Assembly: GCA_051872655.1 (NCBI GenBank)
Contig: JBJEEB010000005.1
Coordinates: 1-59,878 of the forward strand
Reading direction: 5' to 3'
Length of the DNA: 59,878 nt
Source: Bacilli bacterium
GTDB lineage: Bacteria; Bacillota_I; Bacilli_A; RF39; UBA660
In this document: positions 39,019-49,585 of the stretch, one piece after another
How positions within the stretch are numbered: the stretch's first letter is position 1
How the letters are laid out: the number at the start of each line of letters is the position of its first letter
Program-made: the position numbers and the translations under genes
Notes under the pieces: generated by a model
The model's input: the letters and a program-made list of their open reading frames with translations, nothing else
Databases searched by the model: none
Told to the model about the DNA's origin: nothing

Positions 39019-39912
39019 TTAATATTTTTTTGTAATGATTTCAATAAGTTTCTTAGTACTAAAGTTTGGTATATGATTTTTTGATAATGCAATACCTATA
39101 TATCTACTAGGAATTTTTTCTTTTATATTTAATTCAAATAATTCTTTATTTTTTATTGCATCTTTTATATATTCCTTAGTCACATATCCAATTCCTAGTC
39201 CAATTTTAGAAAATTCAACAACTAATGAATAACTTGCTAATTCAATATTAGGCTTAAGTATAATATCATTTTCTTTTGCAATATTATCTAAAAATTCTCT
39301 AGTGTTGGAACCTTTTGCTTGTAAAATTAAAGGATAATTATTTAAATCTTTTAGAGATATTTCTTTACCAATTAAATCATTATATTTATTATTTACTACA
39401 AAGCAATCATTTATCTTCCTACATTTAATAATATCAATATCATTCCCATAATTTTTATCATTTAAATTTAAGATTACAATATCTATTAATCCATTTCTTA
39501 ATTTTGGCATCAAATCAGAAGTTAAATTAGTTATTATTTGTATATCTATTTTAGGATATAAGGAATGAAATTCTTCTAAATATGGAAGTAAAAATTCTTT
39601 TGTTAATGTTGTACTAATACCAATTTTAATACATCCTGTTTCTAGATTAATTAAATCTGTAAATTTATTTTCAGCATTATTAATATATTCAATTGCTTGC
39701 TTTATATAATTATAAAACTCTTTCCCTTCTTCAGTAAGAACAACACCTCGTTTAGTTCTAACAAATAATTGACCACCTAATTGTTCTTCTAGATTTTTAA
39801 TTGATTTACTTATTGCAGGTTGAGATATACTTAATTCTTCACTTGCTTTAGTAATATTGCAATGATTTGCTACTACATAAAATATTCTATATAATTCAAA
39901 GTTTATATTCAT
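39019..39912 (-). CDS. LysR-family regulator
   Basis: NITKASEELSISQPAISKSIKNLEEQLG...RTKRGVVLTEEG. Confidence 0.95.
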   Translation of the reverse strand: MNINFELYRIFYVVANHCNITKASEELSISQPAISKSIKNLEEQLGGQLFVRTKRGVVLTEEGKEFYNYIKQAIEYINNAENKFTDLINLETGCIKIGISTTLTKEFLLPYLEEFHSLYPKIDIQIITNLTSDLMPKLRNGLIDIVILNLNDKNYGNDIDIIKCRKINDCFVVNNKYNDLIGKEISLKDLNNYPLILQAKGSNTREFLDNIAKENDIILKPNIELASYSLVVEFSKIGLGIGYVTKEYIKDAIKNKELFELNIKEKIPSRYIGIALSKNHIPNFSTKKLIEIITKKY

Positions 39913-39997
39913 GATAACCTCCCGTTATGACAAACATAATAAATATGTATTTTAATTATATCAAAAAATGCAATATAATACAAGTAGATGGAGGAAA

Positions 39998-40558
39998 AGT
40001 ATGATTATAGGTATTTGTGGTAAATCGGGTTGTGGTAAAAGTACATTAACAAATCAAATAATAGAATTAACAAATAATAAAGCAATACATTTAGACATTG
40101 ATAAAGTTGGACATAGCGTATTATTACTGCCAGAGGTTAAAGAAGAATTAATAAATTCATTTGGAGAATCTATTATTAAAGAAAACATGGTTGATAGAAA
40201 AAAACTTGGCGAAATAGTTTTTGATTCTAGAAATGAAATGAGCAAACTATCTGATATTACATGGAAATATATGCAAATAGAAATTGATAACTTTTTATAT
40301 CTTCATAAAGATAAAATTATTATTCTAGATTGGTTATTGCTATCAATTACAAAATACTTTGATATGTGTGATATAAAAATACTTTTAGATATCCCATACG
40401 AAGTAAGAAAACAAAGAGCAATGAAAAGAGATAACATATCAGAAGAAGCATTTGATTTAAGAGAAAAAGCAAGTATTGATTTTGATGAAAGTGCTTTTGA
40501 TTATGTTTTAAAAGCAAGTGATAAAGAAATAGTTAAAAGGTTGGTGAAATCATTATGA
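39998..40558 (+). CDS. coaE: Dephospho-CoA kinase-like protein
   Basis: MIIGICGKSGCGKST; D.D...H; VDRKKLGEIVF; start after RBS ggagg. Confidence 0.75.
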   Translation, partial: SMIIGICGKSGCGKSTLTNQIIELTNNKAIHLDIDKVGHSVLLLPEVKEELINSFGESIIKENMVDRKKLGEIVFDSRNEMSKLSDITWKYMQIEIDNFLYLHKDKIIILDWLLLSITKYFDMCDIKILLDIPYEVRKQRAMKRDNISEEAFDLREKASIDFDESAFDYVLKASDKEIVKRLVKSL

Positions 40559-41049
40559 CAAAAGTTTTATATCCAGGAAGTTTTGATCCAATGACAAAAG
40601 GACATATGAATATTGTTGAACAAGCAAGTGATTTATTTGATGAAGTAATAATAGCAGTTATGCAAAATCCTTTAAAAAAATCTGGATTATTTACTCTAGA
40701 AGAAAGAATGGAAATAATTAAAGAGTTATATCAAAGAATGAATAATGTAAAAGTTATATCTGGTAGTGGTGCTGCAGTTGATATTGCACTTCTTAATCAA
40801 TGTAAAGCAATTATTAGGGGACTTAGGAGTTTAAGTGATTATGATTATGAGGTTCAATTACAACAAATGAATAAAGAAATATCAAATAATAAAGTAAATA
40901 CAATTTGTTTATTTGCAGACAAAGAATATCAATTTGTATCATCAAGTATGGTTAAAGAAGTTCTTAATCTTGATAAAGATATTTCAAGATATGTAGATCC
41001 TATTGTTGAAGAAAGAATGTTAGTAAAGAAAAGGAGTTTAATAAAATGA
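40555..41049 (+). CDS. coaD: Phosphopantetheine adenylyltransferase
   Basis: YPGSFDPMTKGH, IIRGLRSLSDYDYE, VSSSMVKE. Confidence 0.9.
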   Translation: MTKVLYPGSFDPMTKGHMNIVEQASDLFDEVIIAVMQNPLKKSGLFTLEERMEIIKELYQRMNNVKVISGSGAAVDIALLNQCKAIIRGLRSLSDYDYEVQLQQMNKEISNNKVNTICLFADKEYQFVSSSMVKEVLNLDKDISRYVDPIVEERMLVKKRSLIK

Positions 41050-41807
41050 GTAAAATTATAATTACATCACTTGGAACAATATCCCCTTATACAAAAAGAA
41101 ATATGAATTGTCCTGGATTTTTAGTTGAATATAATAATAAAAAAATATTATTAGATTGTGGTAATGGTATAACAAGATTATTAAATCTTCTAGAAGATTT
41201 AAAAGATTTAAGTGTAATAGTTACTCATTATCATAAAGACCATTTTGGCGATATAGGCGCTTTACAATATACTTCTTATGTTTACCATAACTTAGGACTA
41301 CTTGATAAAAAGATAAGGATATATTTACCTAAGAATGATATTGGATTTAATAAAGCTTCAATTATCTCTAATAATGAAAGTTATTCAGATTATTACGATA
41401 TAAATGATTCATATTCATTTTCAATAGATGATTTAAATATAACTTTTGAAAATAACAACTCACATACTATTGAATCATATATGGTTAAATTACAAAACAA
41501 AGATTTTAAAATTGTTTATACTTCTGATATAGGTACAACTAATTTAAGTAAGTTAGTAGATTTCTGTAAAGATTCCGATTTAATAATTTGTGAAAGTTCC
41601 TTTTTAAGAAAACATAATGCTAATAGTAGAACTCATATGACTGCTTATGATGCTGGTATTTTAGCAAGTAAATCTAATGCGCAAAAATTGTTGTTAACTC
41701 ATTTTTGGCCTGAAGAAGATAAAAAATTATATTTAGAGGAAGCAAAACAAAACTTTGAAAATGTAGAAGTTGCAGAAGAAGGTAAAAAACTTATATTAAG
41801 GAGATGA
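41046..41807 (+). CDS. MBL-fold metallo-hydrolase (RNase Z/AtsA-like)
   Basis: LLDCG, THYHKDHFGD, YTSD, LLTHF. Confidence 0.85.
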   Translation: MSKIIITSLGTISPYTKRNMNCPGFLVEYNNKKILLDCGNGITRLLNLLEDLKDLSVIVTHYHKDHFGDIGALQYTSYVYHNLGLLDKKIRIYLPKNDIGFNKASIISNNESYSDYYDINDSYSFSIDDLNITFENNNSHTIESYMVKLQNKDFKIVYTSDIGTTNLSKLVDFCKDSDLIICESSFLRKHNANSRTHMTAYDAGILASKSNAQKLLLTHFWPEEDKKLYLEEAKQNFENVEVAEEGKKLILRR

Positions 41808-42787
41808 TAACTATGGAAAAAACTGCTAGTGAAATTTATTATGATATGGAAAAATATGAAAATGACTTAGCAATAGACACATTAAATATAATGTATTTTG
41901 ATAAAATAATTAATCCATATAGAAATAGTAAAAAAATAATTGATATGCATGTTCATACAAATTATTCAGATGGTGATTTATCTCCACAAGAATTAATCAG
42001 ATTAGCAATAAATAAAAGAATTGGTACACTTGCTATTACTGATCATGATACAATTGAAGGAATTAAGACAGTAGATAGAAGCGATAATTTAATTGTAGAT
42101 AGTGGAATAGAAATAATTAATGGTATTGAACTATCAGTAAAAGCAAATAAAGGAAGAATGCATATTTTAGGTTATGGCATTGATTTAAATAACGAATCAC
42201 TAAATAAAAAAATGATAGATTTAAAAGATAATAGTATAAATTCAGTTTTATCAATTATGGAACAAATTAAAAGAGATTACGGAATTAGATTTGGATATGA
42301 GGATATAAAAAAACTTGTTAATACTAATCATAATTTAGGTCGTCCAGATTTAGCAAAACTTTGTGTTAAATATGGATATGCAACTACACCACAAGATGCA
42401 TTTGATAAGTATTTAATAGATGCACACAATAAAACAAGACAAACGAGTAAAGGGCTACAATATCAAGAATGTTTAGAATTAATAACTAATAGTTGTGGTA
42501 TTCCAGTTTTAGCTCATCCAAAGTCATTAGAATTATCAGAAAAAGAATTTCTAATATTAATAAAAGATATGATTAATTGTGGGTTAAAAGGTATTGAAGT
42601 ATTTCATTCAAGCCATACAAAAGAAGAAATGCAATATTATTTAGAAATTGCAAATAAATATAATTTATTAACTAGTGGTGGTAGTGATTTTCATGGAAAA
42701 ACAGTTAAACCTGATATTGAATTGGGAAGTGGTAAAGACAATAACATTAAAATTAAAAAATTATCATTACTCGATAAATTGCACTAA
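41804..42787 (+). CDS. PHP-domain phosphoesterase (TrpH/YciV-like)
   Basis: DMHVHTNYSDG, AITDHDT, HILGY, LAHP, GGSDFHG. Confidence 0.9.
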   Translation: MITMEKTASEIYYDMEKYENDLAIDTLNIMYFDKIINPYRNSKKIIDMHVHTNYSDGDLSPQELIRLAINKRIGTLAITDHDTIEGIKTVDRSDNLIVDSGIEIINGIELSVKANKGRMHILGYGIDLNNESLNKKMIDLKDNSINSVLSIMEQIKRDYGIRFGYEDIKKLVNTNHNLGRPDLAKLCVKYGYATTPQDAFDKYLIDAHNKTRQTSKGLQYQECLELITNSCGIPVLAHPKSLELSEKEFLILIKDMINCGLKGIEVFHSSHTKEEMQYYLEIANKYNLLTSGGSDFHGKTVKPDIELGSGKDNNIKIKKLSLLDKLH

Positions 42788-42903
42788 TTCATATTCAAAA
42801 AAATAATAATTCATGGTATATTCTATATAGTACTGATATTTATTAGTTATATCTTTATAGGTGAGTTCAAAATAAGCTCTTATATCGTACCAATATTGTA
42901 TTA

Positions 42904-42930
42904 AAAAGTCCTTTTTGGACTTTTTATTTT
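42904..42930 (+). terminator. Intrinsic terminator
   Basis: aaaaagtcc-tttt-tggacttttt hairpin followed by T-rich sequence. Confidence 0.65.
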
Positions 42931-43027
42931 GAATATAAAAATTATTAAAAAATTTAATTATGATATGATAAAACTAAAAAATGTGATAAAATAGTATATG
43001 TAGATATTACTTATAGGAAGTGAAGAG

Positions 43028-43723
43028 ATGGATCAGAATAAAATTGGTAATTTAATTAAAGAACTTCGTAAAAAAAATAATTTAACACAAGAAAAATTTG
43101 CAGAAAAATATGGTGTTACTTATCAAGCTGTTAGTAAATGGGAGAATGGTAAAAATATTCCTGATATTTCATTATTAAAGCAAATATGTGATGATTATAA
43201 TATTAATATTGATGATTTACTTGATGGTAGAACTAGTCATAAAAAAAATAAAAGGAAGTTATTAATTATCAGTGTAATTGTTAGTGTTATATTTATATTG
43301 TTATTAGTATTATTTTTAGTATTTCATGATGATAGTTTTACTTTTAAAACACTTACTTCTAATTGTTCTAATTTTGAGATATCTGGAAGTATTGCTTATA
43401 ATAAAAGTAAATCTTATTTATATATATCTAATATAGATTATTGTGGTGGTAAAGATGATAATTTATATACAAAGATAGAATGTAATTTATATGAAGAGAT
43501 TGGTACTGTTAAGAAAAAAATAGGAAATTATAACTATGATGATAATGTTTTGATTAAACTAAATGATTTTTTAAAAAATGTTAATTTTAATATAGATAAT
43601 TTTTCTAGAGAATGTAAAAATATTGAGAGTAGTAATATTTTATTAGAAATTAATGCTACTTTAGAAGATGGTAGTATTACTACTTATAAAGTTCCTCTTT
43701 CATTAAATGGCAATTGTTCTTAA
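43028..43723 (+). CDS. XRE HTH regulator with a TM helix and extracellular domain
   Basis: LTQEKFAEKYGVTYQAVSKWENGKNIPD followed by a hydrophobic helix. Confidence 0.85.
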   Translation: MDQNKIGNLIKELRKKNNLTQEKFAEKYGVTYQAVSKWENGKNIPDISLLKQICDDYNINIDDLLDGRTSHKKNKRKLLIISVIVSVIFILLLVLFLVFHDDSFTFKTLTSNCSNFEISGSIAYNKSKSYLYISNIDYCGGKDDNLYTKIECNLYEEIGTVKKKIGNYNYDDNVLIKLNDFLKNVNFNIDNFSRECKNIESSNILLEINATLEDGSITTYKVPLSLNGNCS

Positions 43724-43807
43724 ATTCAACTTAAAGTTTAGTTATTTCAACTTGTATTTTATAGATTTGTTAATATGTTTATTTTATAATGTCATTGAGG
43801 TGAGAAA

Positions 43808-44404
43808 ATGAAAAAGAAATTAGTTATTATTGTTGTTAGTATTGTTATTATTTTATTAGGAGTTTTTGCTTTATGGTATTTTTATTTTAATAAAGAAAGT
43901 GATAATGAGAAATTTGCTGAAGAATATAGTACTGTAACTAGTGATAATGTTTTTGTATATAAAAATATTGATGAAATTATTAAAATACTTGAACATGGTA
44001 CTGGTGTAGTTTATTTGGGATTTCCTGAATGTCCTTGGTGTAAAGCTTATGTTGTTTATTTAAATGAGGTTGCTAAAGAAAATGATGTTGAACAAATTTA
44101 TTATTATAATATTTTAGAGGCTAGAAAGAATAATACTGATGAATATAAGAAAATTGTTAATATTTTGTCTGATTATTTACAATATGATGATGAGGGTAAT
44201 AAGAGAGTATATGTTCCTGCAGTAATTGGTGTTAATGATGGTGAGATTGTGTCTTTTGATGATGAGACTGCTTGGGATACTAAAGGCTATGAAACTCCAA
44301 AAGAATATTGGGATAATGAGGATCTTTCTGGATTAAAGGATAGACTAGATAATATGTTTGAACTTACTAATGATAATATTTGTACTTCTGGTTGCAATAA
44401 GTAA
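43808..44404 (+). CDS. Membrane-anchored thioredoxin-fold protein
   Basis: N-terminal TM; FPECPWC CxxC motif. Confidence 0.75.
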   Translation: MKKKLVIIVVSIVIILLGVFALWYFYFNKESDNEKFAEEYSTVTSDNVFVYKNIDEIIKILEHGTGVVYLGFPECPWCKAYVVYLNEVAKENDVEQIYYYNILEARKNNTDEYKKIVNILSDYLQYDDEGNKRVYVPAVIGVNDGEIVSFDDETAWDTKGYETPKEYWDNEDLSGLKDRLDNMFELTNDNICTSGCNK

Positions 44405-44490
44405 AATAATAATTAATTTATATTAAAGATAATATGATTTTATAGTCATATTATTTTTATTAAAAAAAGCCCTTAGATAAGGCTTATATA

Positions 44491-45306
44491 TTATCCTAAT
44501 GCTATATCTAATATCATCATTACTGAGAATCCGATCAGAGTAAATAGTGCCATTAGTTCTTTTTTCTTATTTGTTTGTGATTCTGGAATTAATTCTTGGA
44601 CAACAACATAGATCATAGCTCCTGCTGCAAAAGAAAGTAGAAAAGGAAGAAGTAATCTTATTTTTAGAACTAATAATGCTCCTATTACTCCAGATATTGG
44701 TTCTACGATTCCACTTAATTGTCCCCAGAAGAAGGCCTTTTTTCTACTCATACCTTCACGTCTTAGTGGTACGCTGACAGCAGTTCCTTCTGGAAAATTT
44801 TGTAATCCTATTCCTAGAGCTAAGAGAAATGCTGATGAAAGTGTTGCTCCCTCTAAACCATAAATTACTGAGCCAAAGGCAACACCTACTGCAAGGCCTT
44901 CAGGAATATTATGTAGTGTTATAGATGTAATTAGCATTAAACATCTTTTGAAACTATTGTTTTTATTCTCTTTATTAGTTTTTTTAGATAATTTTTTATC
45001 AAATATATTGAATATTTTATCTCCAATATAAAGGAAAAATCCTCCACTAAAGAAACCAATGAATAGAATAATTGTTACATTCATATTTAAATTTTCAGCC
45101 ATACTTCTAGCAGGGGATAATAGCGAAAAATAAGATGCTGCGATCATTACACCTGCAGCAAATCCTAACATGGCATCCATAATATTTTTATTTATTTTTT
45201 TAAACATGAATACTAAGGCAGCTCCAATAGCGGTGACACTATATGTAAATAGAGTAGCTATAAATGCTAATAATATAGGATTTAAGCCTTTTATGTATTC
45301 TATCAT
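44491..45306 (-). CDS. ZIP-family metal transporter
   Basis: ITLHNIPEGLAVG, IGLQNFPEG, ELIPES. Confidence 0.9.
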   Translation of the reverse strand: MIEYIKGLNPILLAFIATLFTYSVTAIGAALVFMFKKINKNIMDAMLGFAAGVMIAASYFSLLSPARSMAENLNMNVTIILFIGFFSGGFFLYIGDKIFNIFDKKLSKKTNKENKNNSFKRCLMLITSITLHNIPEGLAVGVAFGSVIYGLEGATLSSAFLLALGIGLQNFPEGTAVSVPLRREGMSRKKAFFWGQLSGIVEPISGVIGALLVLKIRLLLPFLLSFAAGAMIYVVVQELIPESQTNKKKELMALFTLIGFSVMMILDIALG

Positions 45307-45340
45307 AAAATATCAACTCCACACTAATAAATTATGATAT

Positions 45341-45622
45341 TTATTTTTTATTGTATGGGCTATTTATATATTTCTTTATTTTTTTAAATGATTTAATTGT
45401 TATTTTTACACTATTATCTAAATAAGTAAATATTAATTCATTATCACTAAATGTATCATCTTTCATAAGAATTCTTTCAGTTATATATTTGAAATATAAT
45501 ATGTCGAATACTTTGATATCTATTTTACCATTGTCTTCTTTATAAAATAATAATTCTTTATTTTGAATTATTTCTTCAAGTATATAACCATCACTTTCTA
45601 TTTTTATTAGCTTTCTATTCAT
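45341..45622 (-). CDS. Hypothetical protein
   Basis: RBS gaggt; 93 aa. Confidence 0.55.
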   Translation of the reverse strand: MNRKLIKIESDGYILEEIIQNKELLFYKEDNGKIDIKVFDILYFKYITERILMKDDTFSDNELIFTYLDNSVKITIKSFKKIKKYINSPYNKK

Positions 45623-45736
45623 ATTCTACCTCAAATAATGAAGAGATTACTTTAAGTAATCTCTTTATCTAAACAACAGTATTATTAACTGTTGTATTAA
45701 TATTATATGTTAAATTACTATTATTATACATCTTTA

Positions 45737-46816
45737 TTATTTTTTTAATTTCTTTTTTAGTATTGCTCCAACAAATATTATAACATAGATTATTAATAGA
45801 GGCAATAATGTGGTATATGGATACATTTTGTATAAATACTGATTAAAACTAGTATTGTTTTTAAATAGAAAATATGCTAATAATATCATTATTATTGCTA
45901 TAATTAAGTTTAATATTTTATTATCTTTCTTTTTTACATTTTTACTGATTGAGTAAATGGTCATAGAAATAGTTATTAATCCCGATAGAATCCATTGTAG
46001 TGATAGGAAATTTTCTATTCTATCAATAAATTTAAAGAATGATATTCTTTTTAATGTTATATATACTGGATATTGGTAAATATTAAGTAAATATTTTCCT
46101 AATATAGCACTTGTTACTACTGCTATTGATAGTATTATTACTATTGATAATATGTACGTTAATAATAAATATTTTGTTGCTTTTTTATTATTTTCTATTT
46201 CTGTTTTTGGTAATGATAATAATGTATAAATAGGGATAGAAAGATTTAAACTATTTATTAATCCTGCGATTAAAGGTTTTTTTATTCCAAATTCAAGTAT
46301 TGGTTTTAAATTATCTATTTTTACTTCTGGTAATAATCCTAATACTGCTATTACAAATATTATTAAGATTATTATTGCATAGATAAAGCTTGTTTTAGTA
46401 ATGATTTTTATACCTTTATTTGCTATATATAATGATGTTAATGCTATGACACTTATTATTATTATTAATGGTGTATTAGTTAGATACTGTGATATAACAA
46501 AATTACTTATGTTAAATAATTGGGTAATACCTAGAAGTAAGATAAATGGTATACTTAAAAAATTTATGATGGTACCTAGTACTTTTCCAAATATTATTTT
46601 TGTTTTTTCATTAATTGGTTTATCTATTTCATAGTTAAATATATATAAAAAGATACATAATGGAATAATTCCTATTAATGCTCCTATTAGAATGCTTATG
46701 TAAGAATTTATACCACATATTCTTATACTTATTAGTGGTGCTATACCTAAAGTACAAGAAAATATTAAAAGGAAAAGAGTACTTGATAGTTCTAAGTTAT
46801 TTATTTTTGTTTTCAT
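45737..46816 (-). CDS. Spore germination receptor B subunit (GerKB/GerAB-like)
   Basis: Polytopic membrane protein; NLKPILE, YPVY...RIS...DRIE motifs. Confidence 0.8.
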   Translation of the reverse strand: MKTKINNLELSSTLFLLIFSCTLGIAPLISIRICGINSYISILIGALIGIIPLCIFLYIFNYEIDKPINEKTKIIFGKVLGTIINFLSIPFILLLGITQLFNISNFVISQYLTNTPLIIIISVIALTSLYIANKGIKIITKTSFIYAIIILIIFVIAVLGLLPEVKIDNLKPILEFGIKKPLIAGLINSLNLSIPIYTLLSLPKTEIENNKKATKYLLLTYILSIVIILSIAVVTSAILGKYLLNIYQYPVYITLKRISFFKFIDRIENFLSLQWILSGLITISMTIYSISKNVKKKDNKILNLIIAIIMILLAYFLFKNNTSFNQYLYKMYPYTTLLPLLIIYVIIFVGAILKKKLKK

Positions 46817-47987
46817 ATTCTACTCCTCCTAGGGTATTTCCTTTTTCATATAATTTAAGATTTATATCTGTTTCTAATTCTAGATTTGGGAAGATTTCTC
46901 CATACCAATTATTTTCATAGTTTTCTTTATAATATTTAGGGTTGGTTTTATAGTATAGTTGTCTAAATTTAAATACATCTGTGTTATATTCTTTTCTTAT
47001 TTTATTAAAAGTGTTTTCTATTTTTTCTTCAATAATTTTATTTAATAGTTTATTTATTTCATCTATTTCTTTTATATCTTTTATATTTGCATTACTATGA
47101 AATTCTTTTATTTTAGCATTTCCTTGTAATTTTATAGTTACTTTATTTTTTTTTACATCTGCTGATGATTCTGCTTTTACTCTATATAGTTCAAATACTC
47201 CATAATTATCTTTATAATCAAATTTTATAATGCTTTGACTGGCATTGCCTGTCATTATATTTAATATTTTAGAATCTTCTTCTTCTAGATATCCTAATAA
47301 CTCTGTATTTTTGAATATAGCAGTAGTTCCAATTTTGGTTATGGCTTTAGGACTTGATGTAGTAATATTTTCTTTTTCATCACCAATTTCTTCATCTCCA
47401 TAGACCATTATTGATGGAAGTGTTATTTCAAGATTAGGGTCTAAATACATGTTTAGTAATTCATTTAAAGTATATACTGGAGTTAATCCTAATACTTTAC
47501 TTTGTACTTCAAGAGATTGAACGATATTTGATGATGAGAAATTCGTTAGTAGGGTTTGAAAAGTTATTGATTTAAGGCTTTCTTTTCCTCTTGCTATAAT
47601 AAATTTTAATTCAGTTCTTGGCTCTGTTTCTCTAGAAAAGAATTCTAATATTTCTGCTATATGATTTTGTGCGGCTTCTTCACTTATAATTATCATTTCT
47701 AATTGAGCAGCGTATAGTTGTCTTGGCGACTCTAAAACGATATTTCGAAATGCTTCTTGAAGTGATGATGCAGTAGAGTAGTAGTTTACAAAAGGAGAAT
47801 TGTTAGCACTTATGGCATCTTGCTGTTTAGTAGGATTTACTACTTCTGCAATGACATTGAAATTATTGTCGCTATAATCAATACTAACAGAGGTTGTTAT
47901 AGCTAATTCATTTAGTTCTCTATAGTTATAGCAGCCAGTTAATAATGGTATAAGTAATATTAGGCTGTAGTATTTAATTTTTTTCAT
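46797..47987 (-). CDS. Spore germination receptor C subunit lipoprotein (GerKC-like)
   Basis: Lipobox LLTGC followed by YNYRELNELAI; GTTAIFK...LLGYL. Confidence 0.9.
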   Translation of the reverse strand: MKKIKYYSLILLIPLLTGCYNYRELNELAITTSVSIDYSDNNFNVIAEVVNPTKQQDAISANNSPFVNYYSTASSLQEAFRNIVLESPRQLYAAQLEMIIISEEAAQNHIAEILEFFSRETEPRTELKFIIARGKESLKSITFQTLLTNFSSSNIVQSLEVQSKVLGLTPVYTLNELLNMYLDPNLEITLPSIMVYGDEEIGDEKENITTSSPKAITKIGTTAIFKNTELLGYLEEEDSKILNIMTGNASQSIIKFDYKDNYGVFELYRVKAESSADVKKNKVTIKLQGNAKIKEFHSNANIKDIKEIDEINKLLNKIIEEKIENTFNKIRKEYNTDVFKFRQLYYKTNPKYYKENYENNWYGEIFPNLELETDINLKLYEKGNTLGGVEYENKNK

Positions 47988-49416
47988 TATTAACCTCCTT
48001 TGTAATATTTTTTGTTAAATATTTATTTCTTTTTGTTCTATTTAATAAAGGAAATTTTATTATACTGTTTTTTATATCAGCATTTATTGATACAAAGGGC
48101 ATCATATATGAATATCCAAAGGAATTTATACTACATAAATTTGTAATAAATATCATAAATACAATAAAGATGCCAAACATTCCAATTGAGGTTCCACCAA
48201 TCATGAATAGAATACGATACCATTTGATAGCATTAGATAATTCTGGTTCGGTTATTATTAAAGCACTTATAGCGGTAATTGCTACAATTATAATCATAAT
48301 TGGTGATACTATTCCTGCATTAACAGCGGCTTCACCTAGAATAAGAGCTCCAACTATTGATAGGGCAGAGTTAGATATATTAGGTATTCGATAATCACTT
48401 TCTCTTAGTATTTCAAATGATAAAAACATTAAGATTGCTTCAAATATAGCAGGAAATGGTACTGTACTTCTTTGTGAGGCAAAACTAGTTAATAAGTCTA
48501 GTGGTATCATTTCTTGATTAAATGTGGTTAGAGCTATATATACTCCTGGTGTCATAATTGTTATAATAAAAGCTATATATCTTAGTACTCTAATGAATGT
48601 ACCACTAAAACATTTAAAATCTTTATCGTCTTGAGATAAGAAAAAATCATTTAGAAATACTGGTAATATAAGTACAAAAGGGCAGTTATCTATTATTATT
48701 ACTGTTTTGCCATTTAGAAGATTACTTACTGCTTTATCTGGTCTTTCAGTAGTCATTATTGTTGGAAATATACTTTTTGTTTCTCTTTCAATTAGATGTT
48801 TTAGGGTACCTGAATCGGTTACATTATCAATTTCAATACTATTTAGTTTTTTTATTATGTTATCTTTAATACTACTATCGGTAATACCATCTATAGTAAG
48901 AATACTAATTTTATTTTTAGTATATTTTCCTAATTCTATATCGTAATTCCATAATTTATTTGATTTAATTCTTCTTTTTATTAATCCTATATTAGTTTCT
49001 ATATTTTCGGTAAAAGAATCCATTGGACCACGAATTGTTGTTTCTGTAATTGATTTTTCTATATTTCTAGTAAGATTTTTTTTCACTTCTAAGGCTAGTG
49101 AATAATCATCTTCTATTAGTAATATTAAAAAGCCATTATTTAGATATTTACAAATATCTTCATAGTTTTTTATTTCTTTTATTTTTATATTACTTATATT
49201 ATTCTTGATAGTATCATATAATGAATCTTTATCATTATATATTTTTTCAATATGATCTAAACTTCGATAAATAAAATCAGACATTTTATTTTGATCTGTT
49301 AGTGTTTCATTATATATCAAATCTATTTTTATGTCTTTAATTTTTTTTTCTCTGTATATTATATAGCTACTTGTATTAGTATCTTGTTTTAGTTTTTTTA
49401 TTATTTTATTGTTCAT
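47974..49416 (-). CDS. Spore germination receptor A subunit (GerKA-like)
   Basis: RGPMDSFTE, TERPD, IVGALILGEAAVNAGIVSP. Confidence 0.9.
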   Translation of the reverse strand: MNNKIIKKLKQDTNTSSYIIYREKKIKDIKIDLIYNETLTDQNKMSDFIYRSLDHIEKIYNDKDSLYDTIKNNISNIKIKEIKNYEDICKYLNNGFLILLIEDDYSLALEVKKNLTRNIEKSITETTIRGPMDSFTENIETNIGLIKRRIKSNKLWNYDIELGKYTKNKISILTIDGITDSSIKDNIIKKLNSIEIDNVTDSGTLKHLIERETKSIFPTIMTTERPDKAVSNLLNGKTVIIIDNCPFVLILPVFLNDFFLSQDDKDFKCFSGTFIRVLRYIAFIITIMTPGVYIALTTFNQEMIPLDLLTSFASQRSTVPFPAIFEAILMFLSFEILRESDYRIPNISNSALSIVGALILGEAAVNAGIVSPIMIIIVAITAISALIITEPELSNAIKWYRILFMIGGTSIGMFGIFIVFMIFITNLCSINSFGYSYMMPFVSINADIKNSIIKFPLLNRTKRNKYLTKNITKEVNNEKN

Positions 49417-49585
49417 AGATAATTCACCTAATATTATTATGATTAAAATTATTTATATTATAATTATTTTTAATGATTTTAATATTAAAATTTTAATATG
49501 AAGCAATAATAATATGTGTAAAATTTCTTATATTAATTGACAAAAAATGCAAAAAAAATTATAATTATACTAGAGGTGGTTTAGT

